A program made the position numbers and the translations under genes. From IMG/VR virus record IMGVR_UViG_3300007512_001664, positions 96,001 to 160,000 of that record: 64,000 bases of DNA, one strand, 5' to 3'. Under the pieces are notes generated by a model, which saw only the letters and a list, made by a program, of their open reading frames with translations, was not told the DNA's origin and searched no databases. Positions 47,245 to 54,974 of the stretch are shown piece by piece. The number at the start of each line of letters is the position of its first letter. Position 1 is the first letter of the stretch. This stretch comes from a virus. Taxonomy: Duplodnaviria; Caudoviricetes.

Positions 47245-47882
47245 TTTCTTTTTAATATTTCGTTAATGGTTTTCGTTAATTTTATTCCCAATGGTTTGAT
47301 TTTTTTCGAAAATGTATATTTCGATCTCAAACTACTTAAAGTATTATAGAAACTACTACATACAAATTCAACTATATTTTTTTCTAGCTTAATATTTTTC
47401 TCTGATACGTTAAGCGCTAATAAACTATAATAACTGATGTCTCTGTTTTTTAAATCTAAAATAAAATTTGGATACATACCTGATTCTACCTGTAGATATT
47501 CATTACACGTTGTAAGGTTATTCTTGACACAGGTATCGTAAATAAATTTAAAGCTATCTCTTAATTTAACAATATTAAATTCGTGATCAGGTTCTGTTAA
47601 TTCTAATTCTGTTACGTATTTTTTATATGTAGAAATAGCATTAAATGTACTGTAGAAATCTAAAGGCACGTATTTTTCTGAATATAATTTATATGGTGCA
47701 TTAAAAAATATATCTGGATCTATATTTTTATTTTTTAAAGTACGTGATATTTTTTTTAATAGAACGTATTTTGTATCGTCTAGTTTTTGAAAATCTTTTC
47801 TTGGTGTGAATCCTTTTTTATTTCTAGAAGTCTTCAGATAAAGATTATATATATTTTTTTCAAAAACTGATAATTCGCTCAT
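47241..47882 (-). CDS. Helicase loader gp59-like
   Basis: 213 aa (T4 gp59 about 217 aa), directly upstream of gp32; IYNLYL near the N-terminus and DISYYSLLAL near the C-terminus. Confidence 0.55.
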   Translation of the reverse strand: MSELSVFEKNIYNLYLKTSRNKKGFTPRKDFQKLDDTKYVLLKKISRTLKNKNIDPDIFFNAPYKLYSEKYVPLDFYSTFNAISTYKKYVTELELTEPDHEFNIVKLRDSFKFIYDTCVKNNLTTCNEYLQVESGMYPNFILDLKNRDISYYSLLALNVSEKNIKLEKNIVEFVCSSFYNTLSSLRSKYTFSKKIKPLGIKLTKTINEILKRK

Positions 47883-48157
47883 AAATCAATAGAATTTCTT
47901 TTGAGATATTTAGTTATATATTTACTTTTATACAAATAAGGATCATGTTGTAAAAATAATTTAACTAACTCAAAATTACTATCTAATAATAACGACGCTT
48001 TAAATAATTCTCTATACTTTTCTTCTTTAAGAACTAATAAAAATACATTGGCGAGATTAATTTTTCGGTTCTCGGAAATTGAAATAAAACTACATAATGA
48101 CAAGAAAACATGTACAATATCTTTTCGTTCTAAAATTGTATATGGACTGTCTGTCAT
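47879..48157 (-). CDS. Hypothetical protein
   Basis: 92 aa with ATGA-type overlaps on both sides. Confidence 0.6.
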   Translation of the reverse strand: MTDSPYTILERKDIVHVFLSLCSFISISENRKINLANVFLLVLKEEKYRELFKASLLLDSNFELVKLFLQHDPYLYKSKYITKYLKRNSIDL

Positions 48158-49053
48158 TTTGTATCTAGTGGTTCGAATTGCTTGCTCAAAGAGAGCACAT
48201 TATCGTTTAACATACCACCGGCTGCATATTCATGACCACCACCGTCGCATATCTTCTTAGCAAAAGTACTTAAATTAAAATCTATATTTCTATTTCTTCG
48301 GAGATATACTCTTTTGTTTTTTAAATTAATCATCATACATACATCGCAATCATAAGTATCAACAATATATTGACCTAAATCGTTAATATATTCATTTGCA
48401 AATGTACTAATAAAGTTATATTCCTTTCCACCTATAGATAATTTTGCTTTAAATAAATCTATGGTTTCTCTCATTTTTTTAAATTTATAAAAATGATAAC
48501 TAATTATTTTATTTTGTTCGTTTGTGAATCCGAAGAAACCATTTTCAAAATCGTTAATAAAGTTTTGCAGCTTATCACCATTTTTGTACCATAGATAGAA
48601 ATTTAATTTATTACTCTCCGGGTATTTTAATTCATAACAATCATAATCATTTGCAAATGTAATTAATTTTTTCTGTTCCTTAGTAAGATTTACATTTGGA
48701 TATATATGATTTAATATTTGATATAAATGTTTACTGCATGATGGTTGATTTACATTTATATATGTTTTAGCAAAAGAATAATCATCCTCATGAGATTTAT
48801 GATGATCAAAAATAATTACATTTTTTTTGTCTATTAAATCTTTAATTTCTGTAGTATCTAAATCAAAGAAGTATACTCTTTTATAATCCTCAATTTTATT
48901 ATAATTGAGCCATCCTAATAGTTTTTCACGTATGTTAGAAACCTTTAATGTAACAGCTTTTGGTTTAGTCTGTTTAAACCATGTATAAATTAAATAGCTA
49001 CAACAACCGTCGAGATCTAGGTCGGTAAAAATTATTTCATCCTTATTATTCAT
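48154..49053 (-). CDS. DHH/DHHA1 phosphoesterase
   Basis: TDLDLDG, FDL, FDHH, CSKH, GGGHEYAAG. Confidence 0.88.
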   Translation of the reverse strand: MNNKDEIIFTDLDLDGCCSYLIYTWFKQTKPKAVTLKVSNIREKLLGWLNYNKIEDYKRVYFFDLDTTEIKDLIDKKNVIIFDHHKSHEDDYSFAKTYINVNQPSCSKHLYQILNHIYPNVNLTKEQKKLITFANDYDCYELKYPESNKLNFYLWYKNGDKLQNFINDFENGFFGFTNEQNKIISYHFYKFKKMRETIDLFKAKLSIGGKEYNFISTFANEYINDLGQYIVDTYDCDVCMMINLKNKRVYLRRNRNIDFNLSTFAKKICDGGGHEYAAGGMLNDNVLSLSKQFEPLDTK

Positions 49054-49198
49054 TTAGTTCTTCTTCTGTTAAAATATTACCATAATGAGGCCAACCGTAA
49101 TCTTCTGGATGTTCTCCTAAATATCTCCAACGTATTACATTAGTATCGGGATTGCGTTCGTATATCTTTGGTCTTTTTTTATTGTTATCCTCAGACAT
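49046..49198 (-). CDS. Small hypothetical protein (50 aa)
   Basis: Below the track cut-off; MSEDNNKKRPKIYERNPDTNVIRWRYLGEHPEDYGWPHYGNILTEEELNE*; TAAATA 6 nt upstream. Confidence 0.6.
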   Translation of the reverse strand: MSEDNNKKRPKIYERNPDTNVIRWRYLGEHPEDYGWPHYGNILTEEELNE

Positions 49199-49207
49199 TA
49201 TATATAT

Positions 49208-50560
49208 TTACATCACTCTTCCGAATTGTACAGCGTCATCTTCCGCAGCGTTCACATCTTCATTTATATTCAAATCGTTATTTTCTGTAAGAGTAAGAGT
49301 GTTATAGTCTATAGACACTCGAGTACTACCCGTGTTAGAACCAAATCGATTTTTAATAATACCTATATGAAGAGCATCATCTTCTTCATCCTCTTCTGTT
49401 CTCCATATACTAACTATTGCATCAGCAGTAGCTCCTAGACCATAACTTTCACCAATAGCATCTAAACCAGGACCACCAGCGTTATTACCTGTACCGTACC
49501 CTGTTCTGTTTACTTGTGTTGCAGATACAATTGGACATTCAAAGGTATATGACATTGCTCTTACTTGTTCAGATATACTTTTTATTCGTTCATATGAATT
49601 ATTACCATATGTACTTGCCATTAAGTTTAAATAATCAAGTACAATAATATCAGGTTTAAATTTTTTGTTTATTAGTTTTTTTATAAAACCTTCTAATTGT
49701 GGAGGTGTAATTGAACTCGGAGCAAATTCTTTAATTATAATATTTCCTCGAGGGTGTGTTATTTTAAATTTACCTACTCTATCTCTCAATTCTTCGACGT
49801 GATCATCTAAATGATTTATAGGTAATCCAGTAAGCTTAGATGTAATTCGTTTACAATAAATCATTTCTGACATTTCGAGAGAAATAACTAAAACATTTTT
49901 ATCTTCTGCTGCAGCGTTACTTGCTATATTACTCAAGAATATAGATTTTCCAACGTTAGTAGGTCCAGCAAAAATATACATACTACGCCCTTGTTCGAGG
50001 AATCCTCCTCCTAATCTAGTATCAAGCCAATCCCAGCCTGTTTTAATTTTTTCTTCCCGTGTCGTTAGGTCAGTAATATGTTGCTCTACATCTTTAAAAT
50101 AATTATGACCTGTATTTGTCGTAATAGAGATGTTACATGCTTTTGAGAACTTATCATGAATGCTTTTTACATCTCTTTCTTTATTATCAACAATTTCTAA
50201 AAACGTATTAAACACAGCTTGTTCTTGTAAAAACTTCTCTGTGTAAGAAAGTAATAAGTCATTAGATAATTCTACTTCTAAAACATCAATGATTTTTTTA
50301 CTTGCTTCGTAATGCTGTTTAAGTTGTGGTGTGTTTAAATATAATTGTAATTCAGTAATAGTCGGACGTCTATTATTCTTCCGATAAAGTGCTTGAATGA
50401 TTTTAATTATTTGCTGAAAGTCTTTATTCTTAAAAAATTTATAATTAAGATTATCAATAATAGAATTTAGATAAACTTCGTCTTCAAGACAATTCTTAAA
50501 AACTACCTTTTCTAAATATTCTAAATCTATATCTAAGTAATTACTTTCGTTTGTTAGCAT
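49208..50560 (-). CDS. gp41: Replicative DnaB-like helicase gp41
   Basis: GPTNVGKS, ISLEMSE, IKEF, VLDYLNL, SATQVNR, ESYGLGATAD, IKNRFG. Confidence 0.95.
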   Translation of the reverse strand: MLTNESNYLDIDLEYLEKVVFKNCLEDEVYLNSIIDNLNYKFFKNKDFQQIIKIIQALYRKNNRRPTITELQLYLNTPQLKQHYEASKKIIDVLEVELSNDLLLSYTEKFLQEQAVFNTFLEIVDNKERDVKSIHDKFSKACNISITTNTGHNYFKDVEQHITDLTTREEKIKTGWDWLDTRLGGGFLEQGRSMYIFAGPTNVGKSIFLSNIASNAAAEDKNVLVISLEMSEMIYCKRITSKLTGLPINHLDDHVEELRDRVGKFKITHPRGNIIIKEFAPSSITPPQLEGFIKKLINKKFKPDIIVLDYLNLMASTYGNNSYERIKSISEQVRAMSYTFECPIVSATQVNRTGYGTGNNAGGPGLDAIGESYGLGATADAIVSIWRTEEDEEDDALHIGIIKNRFGSNTGSTRVSIDYNTLTLTENNDLNINEDVNAAEDDAVQFGRVM

Positions 50561-51242
50561 GTTCTAACAGAGTATTATAGAAGTATTCTTCTGATTTGCT
50601 ATATTCTTCTGTGTGGTTGAGTAGGCCAGGTGATTCATGAATAATGTGAATAGGGGCAGTGGTTAAGCGCAAACCAGCTAAATGACAATCTAAACAAAAT
50701 TTTAGATCATAATAATGGAATCCTTTAAGGTTAGTATCAAATTTTATTTTTTTCTCGGAAATTGATTTTGTCCGAATTGCAAGAAACACTCCGTCTAATA
50801 ATACTACTTCTTTAGGTGTTTGGCCGAAGATTGTAGGGGCATAATCTGTATTATTATGATAATGTGACACTATACCAGACATAGTATCTGGCTTACATAA
50901 TAAATGCCATAAACAAGGTTTTTGAACTTGTAACTTACTTCCTCCAGCGACACCGATAATATCAAATCCTCGCTTAAACGCATTACGAATTTCTACTAAG
51001 AAATTTATGCTATCAATAAATACATCATCATGTACAAAAAGGATACAGTCATATTTTTTAAAATTTTCTGGTATAAGATAATTATTATAAACAGCACACA
51101 ATCCACTAGTATTTTTATATGTAGGCTGTAAGTCGAAAGTAGTTATAGTGTTTTCATCGTGATGAGTTAAGCTTTTAGATAATCTAGTTGTTTTAAAGAT
51201 GGCTTCAGTAGTTTGAGTTGCAACCGCAATTAAAGTTTTCAT
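50541..51242 (-). CDS. GT-A fold glycosyltransferase (GT2-like)
   Basis: ILFVHDDV (DxD-type), GVAG, VLLDGVFLA, FHYYDL. Confidence 0.85.
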   Translation of the reverse strand: MKTLIAVATQTTEAIFKTTRLSKSLTHHDENTITTFDLQPTYKNTSGLCAVYNNYLIPENFKKYDCILFVHDDVFIDSINFLVEIRNAFKRGFDIIGVAGGSKLQVQKPCLWHLLCKPDTMSGIVSHYHNNTDYAPTIFGQTPKEVVLLDGVFLAIRTKSISEKKIKFDTNLKGFHYYDLKFCLDCHLAGLRLTTAPIHIIHESPGLLNHTEEYSKSEEYFYNTLLEHANKRK

Positions 51243-51877
51243 ATAAAAAATGGAGAATTTAATTTAAATGTATTAGTTTTAGTAAAGTTATTTTTACTAA
51301 AATTAAATTCATATACTGTACCCTCTTCCACCATTTCCCATTCCGAATATGGCGCTGAACTAAATGATTTATTATCAGTAAATAATGTGGAACCGGATCT
51401 AAAAATACGTAACCTACCCATATCTGGTTCATACATCCAGCATCCAAATGTTCCTTCAATTTCCGATAGAGCGTTTTGTATACCAGACATATATATCAAC
51501 GGTAATATTATACTACTATCTACTTTATTTACCTTACTTGATAATGTGTATTTTTCTTTTAATTTATCAAAATTTTGTAGTACGCCGTTATGCGCTAAAT
51601 ATGTATTTTTATATGAAAATGGATGTGATGTATCAATATTAAAAGTTCTAACTTCTGTCGTAGGGGACTGTACATGTCCTAGGTAATATAAACAAAATGG
51701 ATTTTCTTCTATATGTCTATTAAAATCTTGTTCGTATTTCGTCATTACGCGGACATTATTTTTCATTCCGCTAGGAAACATCATTGTTACGCTACGTACA
51801 AAATTACCCCTTTCTGAGTTCTTTGTATATAACTCTCTAAATGTTTTAATATCTGTTGAACCAAAAATACCACACAT
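51239..51877 (-). CDS. Class II (Ntn) glutamine amidotransferase
   Basis: N-terminal MCGIFG, LGH, HPF, AHNG, VDS, EGTF. Confidence 0.88.
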   Translation of the reverse strand: MCGIFGSTDIKTFRELYTKNSERGNFVRSVTMMFPSGMKNNVRVMTKYEQDFNRHIEENPFCLYYLGHVQSPTTEVRTFNIDTSHPFSYKNTYLAHNGVLQNFDKLKEKYTLSSKVNKVDSSIILPLIYMSGIQNALSEIEGTFGCWMYEPDMGRLRIFRSGSTLFTDNKSFSSAPYSEWEMVEEGTVYEFNFSKNNFTKTNTFKLNSPFFI

Positions 51878-51878
51878 A

Positions 51879-52835
51879 TTATTTTAATTGTATGAACTTT
51901 GTATCACTCAGGCAACTTAAATCTTTACACCCGGCGTATGAAATAGAGCTCTTAAGAGCTTTTTCGATTTCTTTTAATCTAATATTATACTCTGGAGCTA
52001 AGTCTATTGCTATCTCTCTCCCTTCAACGAAATTTAATTTATTTCCCTTTTGCATATATGATGTACTTCCATAATATTCCTTATACCCATCAACAATTTT
52101 AGCTGGTGAGTCTACACACCCTGCAAAGAAAGAACCAGCCATTACACAGTCTGCTCCAGCAACTAATGCTTTTGCGACATCTCCAAATTCTCGACAACCA
52201 CCATCGGCCATTATTTTAGCTTTTGTTTTATGTGAGGTAATTTTTAACAATGTTGAAAACATTGGTGTACCAAAGCCTGTTTTATATCTCGTAGTACAAA
52301 TAACTCCAGATCCGATTCCTACTTTAATAACGTCAGCACCGGAGTCTTCTAAAAAATGGAACCCGTCGTATGTTCCAACATTACCAGCGATAACTATTAC
52401 ATCAGGTAAATTCCTTTTAACGTATCTAATCATATTACCGACTTTTTGATGATGTCCGTGCGCAACGTCAATTGTAATAATATCAACTTTATAATTATTA
52501 TCTATAATCGCTTCTAATTCTTGATATGATTTTTCATTTACCCCTATACTGACACTCACACAATTACAATTAAGCTCATTAAGTTGTCGCACTGTTTCAA
52601 ATACATCCTGAAATCGATGCATAATATAAAAATAATTATTATCATCTAATTGCTTACAGAGTTTGAGATCTATTACCGTTTCCATGTTAGATGGAACAAC
52701 TGGTAGATTAAATGTAAACTTACCTAATTTAAAAGATGTGTCGGCGTTGTTTCGAGTATCTAATTGACTATATCCTGGTACTAATAAGATATCAGAATAT
52801 TCTAGCTCTTTACCATGGTATATCTGTTCGCTCAT
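51879..52835 (-). CDS. guaC: GMP reductase (type 2, no CBS domains)
   Basis: YFYIMHRF, IDVAHGH, AGNVGT, KVGIGSGVICTT, ADGG, VEG, SSISYAG. Confidence 0.9.
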   Translation of the reverse strand: MSEQIYHGKELEYSDILLVPGYSQLDTRNNADTSFKLGKFTFNLPVVPSNMETVIDLKLCKQLDDNNYFYIMHRFQDVFETVRQLNELNCNCVSVSIGVNEKSYQELEAIIDNNYKVDIITIDVAHGHHQKVGNMIRYVKRNLPDVIVIAGNVGTYDGFHFLEDSGADVIKVGIGSGVICTTRYKTGFGTPMFSTLLKITSHKTKAKIMADGGCREFGDVAKALVAGADCVMAGSFFAGCVDSPAKIVDGYKEYYGSTSYMQKGNKLNFVEGREIAIDLAPEYNIRLKEIEKALKSSISYAGCKDLSCLSDTKFIQLK

Positions 52836-53496
52836 ATTCGATTGGGTCTTTGATTTTATTCTCTAAAAAGCCTTGTATACGTGAACTACAAGCAGTACAA
52901 TAACCGCATGCAACTTCTTTACCTTCATAACAAGTCCAAGTGTCTTCAAAACGCACACCATTATCTAATCCCAGTTTTACGATTTCTCGTTTAGATAACT
53001 CAATTAACGGTGCTTCTATTTTAATTAGATTTTTTCTATTTAAACTTGTAACGTTATTAATTTCAGTTAAAAATTCCTTACTACCATCCCAGTATCCAGC
53101 CTGACTATCTACCAAGGCTGATCCATGATAAACAGTATTAGCTCCGACCGCTTCAGCATATGAACATGCAATAGACAGCATCATCATATTACGAAATGGC
53201 ACATAGTTTACAGTTTGAGCGTCTCCTAGAACATCTCTCGTATGAGCGACTTTAATTTTATTGTTTGTTAAGGAAGAAGTATTAGCAATAGTTTTAAAAA
53301 ATTGTATATCTAATATTTTATGTTGTTCGATACAATCATAATTAATTAATTGAAACCCTGCGAATTGAATTTCTTTACGATGCTTTTGACCGTAATCAAA
53401 AGTTATTGCATATATATCATCATGTCGATCCGCTGCTATGCTTAGTATTACGGAACTATCTAAACCTCCTGAAATAGGTACAACTGCTTTACTCAT
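52810..53496 (-). CDS. queC: 7-cyano-7-deazaguanine synthase
   Basis: SGGLDS, FDYGQKH, YVPFRN, TWTCY...CGYCTAC..R. Confidence 0.93.
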   Translation of the reverse strand: MSKAVVPISGGLDSSVILSIAADRHDDIYAITFDYGQKHRKEIQFAGFQLINYDCIEQHKILDIQFFKTIANTSSLTNNKIKVAHTRDVLGDAQTVNYVPFRNMMMLSIACSYAEAVGANTVYHGSALVDSQAGYWDGSKEFLTEINNVTSLNRKNLIKIEAPLIELSKREIVKLGLDNGVRFEDTWTCYEGKEVACGYCTACSSRIQGFLENKIKDPIEYERTDIPW

Positions 53497-54577
53497 CTTC
53501 TTGTTCTAATATAGCACCCTCGTCTAATGATTTACCATACCGGTATTTTTCATTTATAGAAGATTCTAACTTAGGTAATATAGATTTCCACGTCTCTTCG
53601 TCATTGCGCCAATTCTTATAATAACCTAATTTTTTATCCCCCATACTATATGTAGAACCATTTTGTTGTACAATACCGTGAGATACGGCAATATCTTTTA
53701 ATCCAGAATATTTTTCTAGACCTGTTTTGAAATTTAAATATGCTTCCGCTTGTAAAAATGCTGGAATAAATCTATTTTTTACGGTAAGCATTCTAAGAGT
53801 AACTCCGGAATAGTTTCTACTTTCTGATAGCGCCTCGTCGTTGTCGTTTGAAGCGTCAGTTCTTTCTTTTTTAGCTGCCATTTGGACTAATAAAGAAGCC
53901 ATGTACATAGGGCCCGACCCACCAGCTTGTTGCTTGACTAAGGTAGGATGGAGTGCACCAGGATCAGCATATGTATGATTACTACATATAATAGTTGTAC
54001 CGGTCACCGCGGCCTTATATGTAATAATACGCATCATGGATTTTAGCTGTTTGGCCCGCAGCCCCATGTCCATGGCTCCTTTATTAGACTCAGCATCAAG
54101 AATTTCTTTTGATGATGCTAAATTACCTAATGAATCTATTGATATAATAAATTTTCCGTGAAGTTCTGGTTCATTTTCTACTTCATCTAAAAATGCCATT
54201 ATTTGATTACGACAGTTTTCTACAGTATCTATTGGAACATACTTTACATTAGAAACATCTAGACCTACATTTTCTGCACCTTCTTTTTCAATAGCGACCT
54301 CTGTGTCAAATATTATAGGTATCATTCCTTGCTTTTGAGCTTTAGCGAGAATTTTATTTAAAATAAAAGTCTTACCGCATTGAGACTCTCCAGCGAAAAT
54401 TGTAATTCTACCCTTAGGTACGCCACCATGTAGTGACCCAGATAGGATAGAATTTAATACTAAACAACCTGTATCAATCCACTCTGTTACATTACTCAGA
54501 GTGTTTTTCTCTAAAGTAGTAGCATTGCTGTTAAGCTTTTGGAGCTTAGCAAATGCCTTATCAACCAGTTTTGACAT
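53489..54577 (-). CDS. uvsX: RecA-like recombinase UvsX
   Basis: AGESQCGKT, FDTE, IDSLGNL, NHTY, GG.G..Y, KNRF. Confidence 0.93.
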   Translation of the reverse strand: MSKLVDKAFAKLQKLNSNATTLEKNTLSNVTEWIDTGCLVLNSILSGSLHGGVPKGRITIFAGESQCGKTFILNKILAKAQKQGMIPIIFDTEVAIEKEGAENVGLDVSNVKYVPIDTVENCRNQIMAFLDEVENEPELHGKFIISIDSLGNLASSKEILDAESNKGAMDMGLRAKQLKSMMRIITYKAAVTGTTIICSNHTYADPGALHPTLVKQQAGGSGPMYMASLLVQMAAKKERTDASNDNDEALSESRNYSGVTLRMLTVKNRFIPAFLQAEAYLNFKTGLEKYSGLKDIAVSHGIVQQNGSTYSMGDKKLGYYKNWRNDEETWKSILPKLESSINEKYRYGKSLDEGAILEQEDE

Positions 54578-54578
54578 A

Positions 54579-54935
54579 TTATTCCTCGAATAATGTTACT
54601 TCAGGTATGTTCTCGTCAGATAGCGTGGTCGCGGCAGGTTCAGGGTTTGACTCTTCCTTGACATTAATCTTAGCATTATAATGAACTAATATTTTATCAG
54701 AAATAGTAACCTCGACTTCTGTGTATTGAGTGTTTAGATATTTAAATATTGGCGCTTCACCGCTAGAAAATTCAGTAAAGAATAACGGCATAACATCAAC
54801 TTTCATATTAGCAGCGTCATTGGGCGTTACCATAATCATCGCTGGTGCTTTAACTCTTAAAGATGAATCTGTTTGCTCTACTAGCTCTCCGAAACACGTC
54901 CTACCTATACTATCAATGTATGTAATGATATCCAT
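54579..54935 (-). CDS. Hypothetical protein (small beta-barrel-like)
   Basis: 118 aa with its own sigma70-like promoter. Confidence 0.7.
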   Translation of the reverse strand: MDIITYIDSIGRTCFGELVEQTDSSLRVKAPAMIMVTPNDAANMKVDVMPLFFTEFSSGEAPIFKYLNTQYTEVEVTISDKILVHYNAKINVKEESNPEPAATTLSDENIPEVTLFEE

Positions 54936-54941
54936 GTAATT

Positions 54942-54969
54942 ATTATATTATCAAAAAATTAATTTGCAA
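54942..54969 (-). promoter_or_regulatory. Sigma70-like promoter heading the uvsX-queC-guaC-gat-GT-gp41 operon (leaderless)
   Basis: TTGCAA-N16-TATAAT, then 6 nt to ATG 54935. Confidence 0.65.
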
Positions 54970-54974
54970 CGGAT

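Noticed and set aside
51879-52835. IMP dehydrogenase (guaB) as an alternative call
   Set aside because: The short length without CBS domains and the YFYIMHRF motif fit GMP reductase better.
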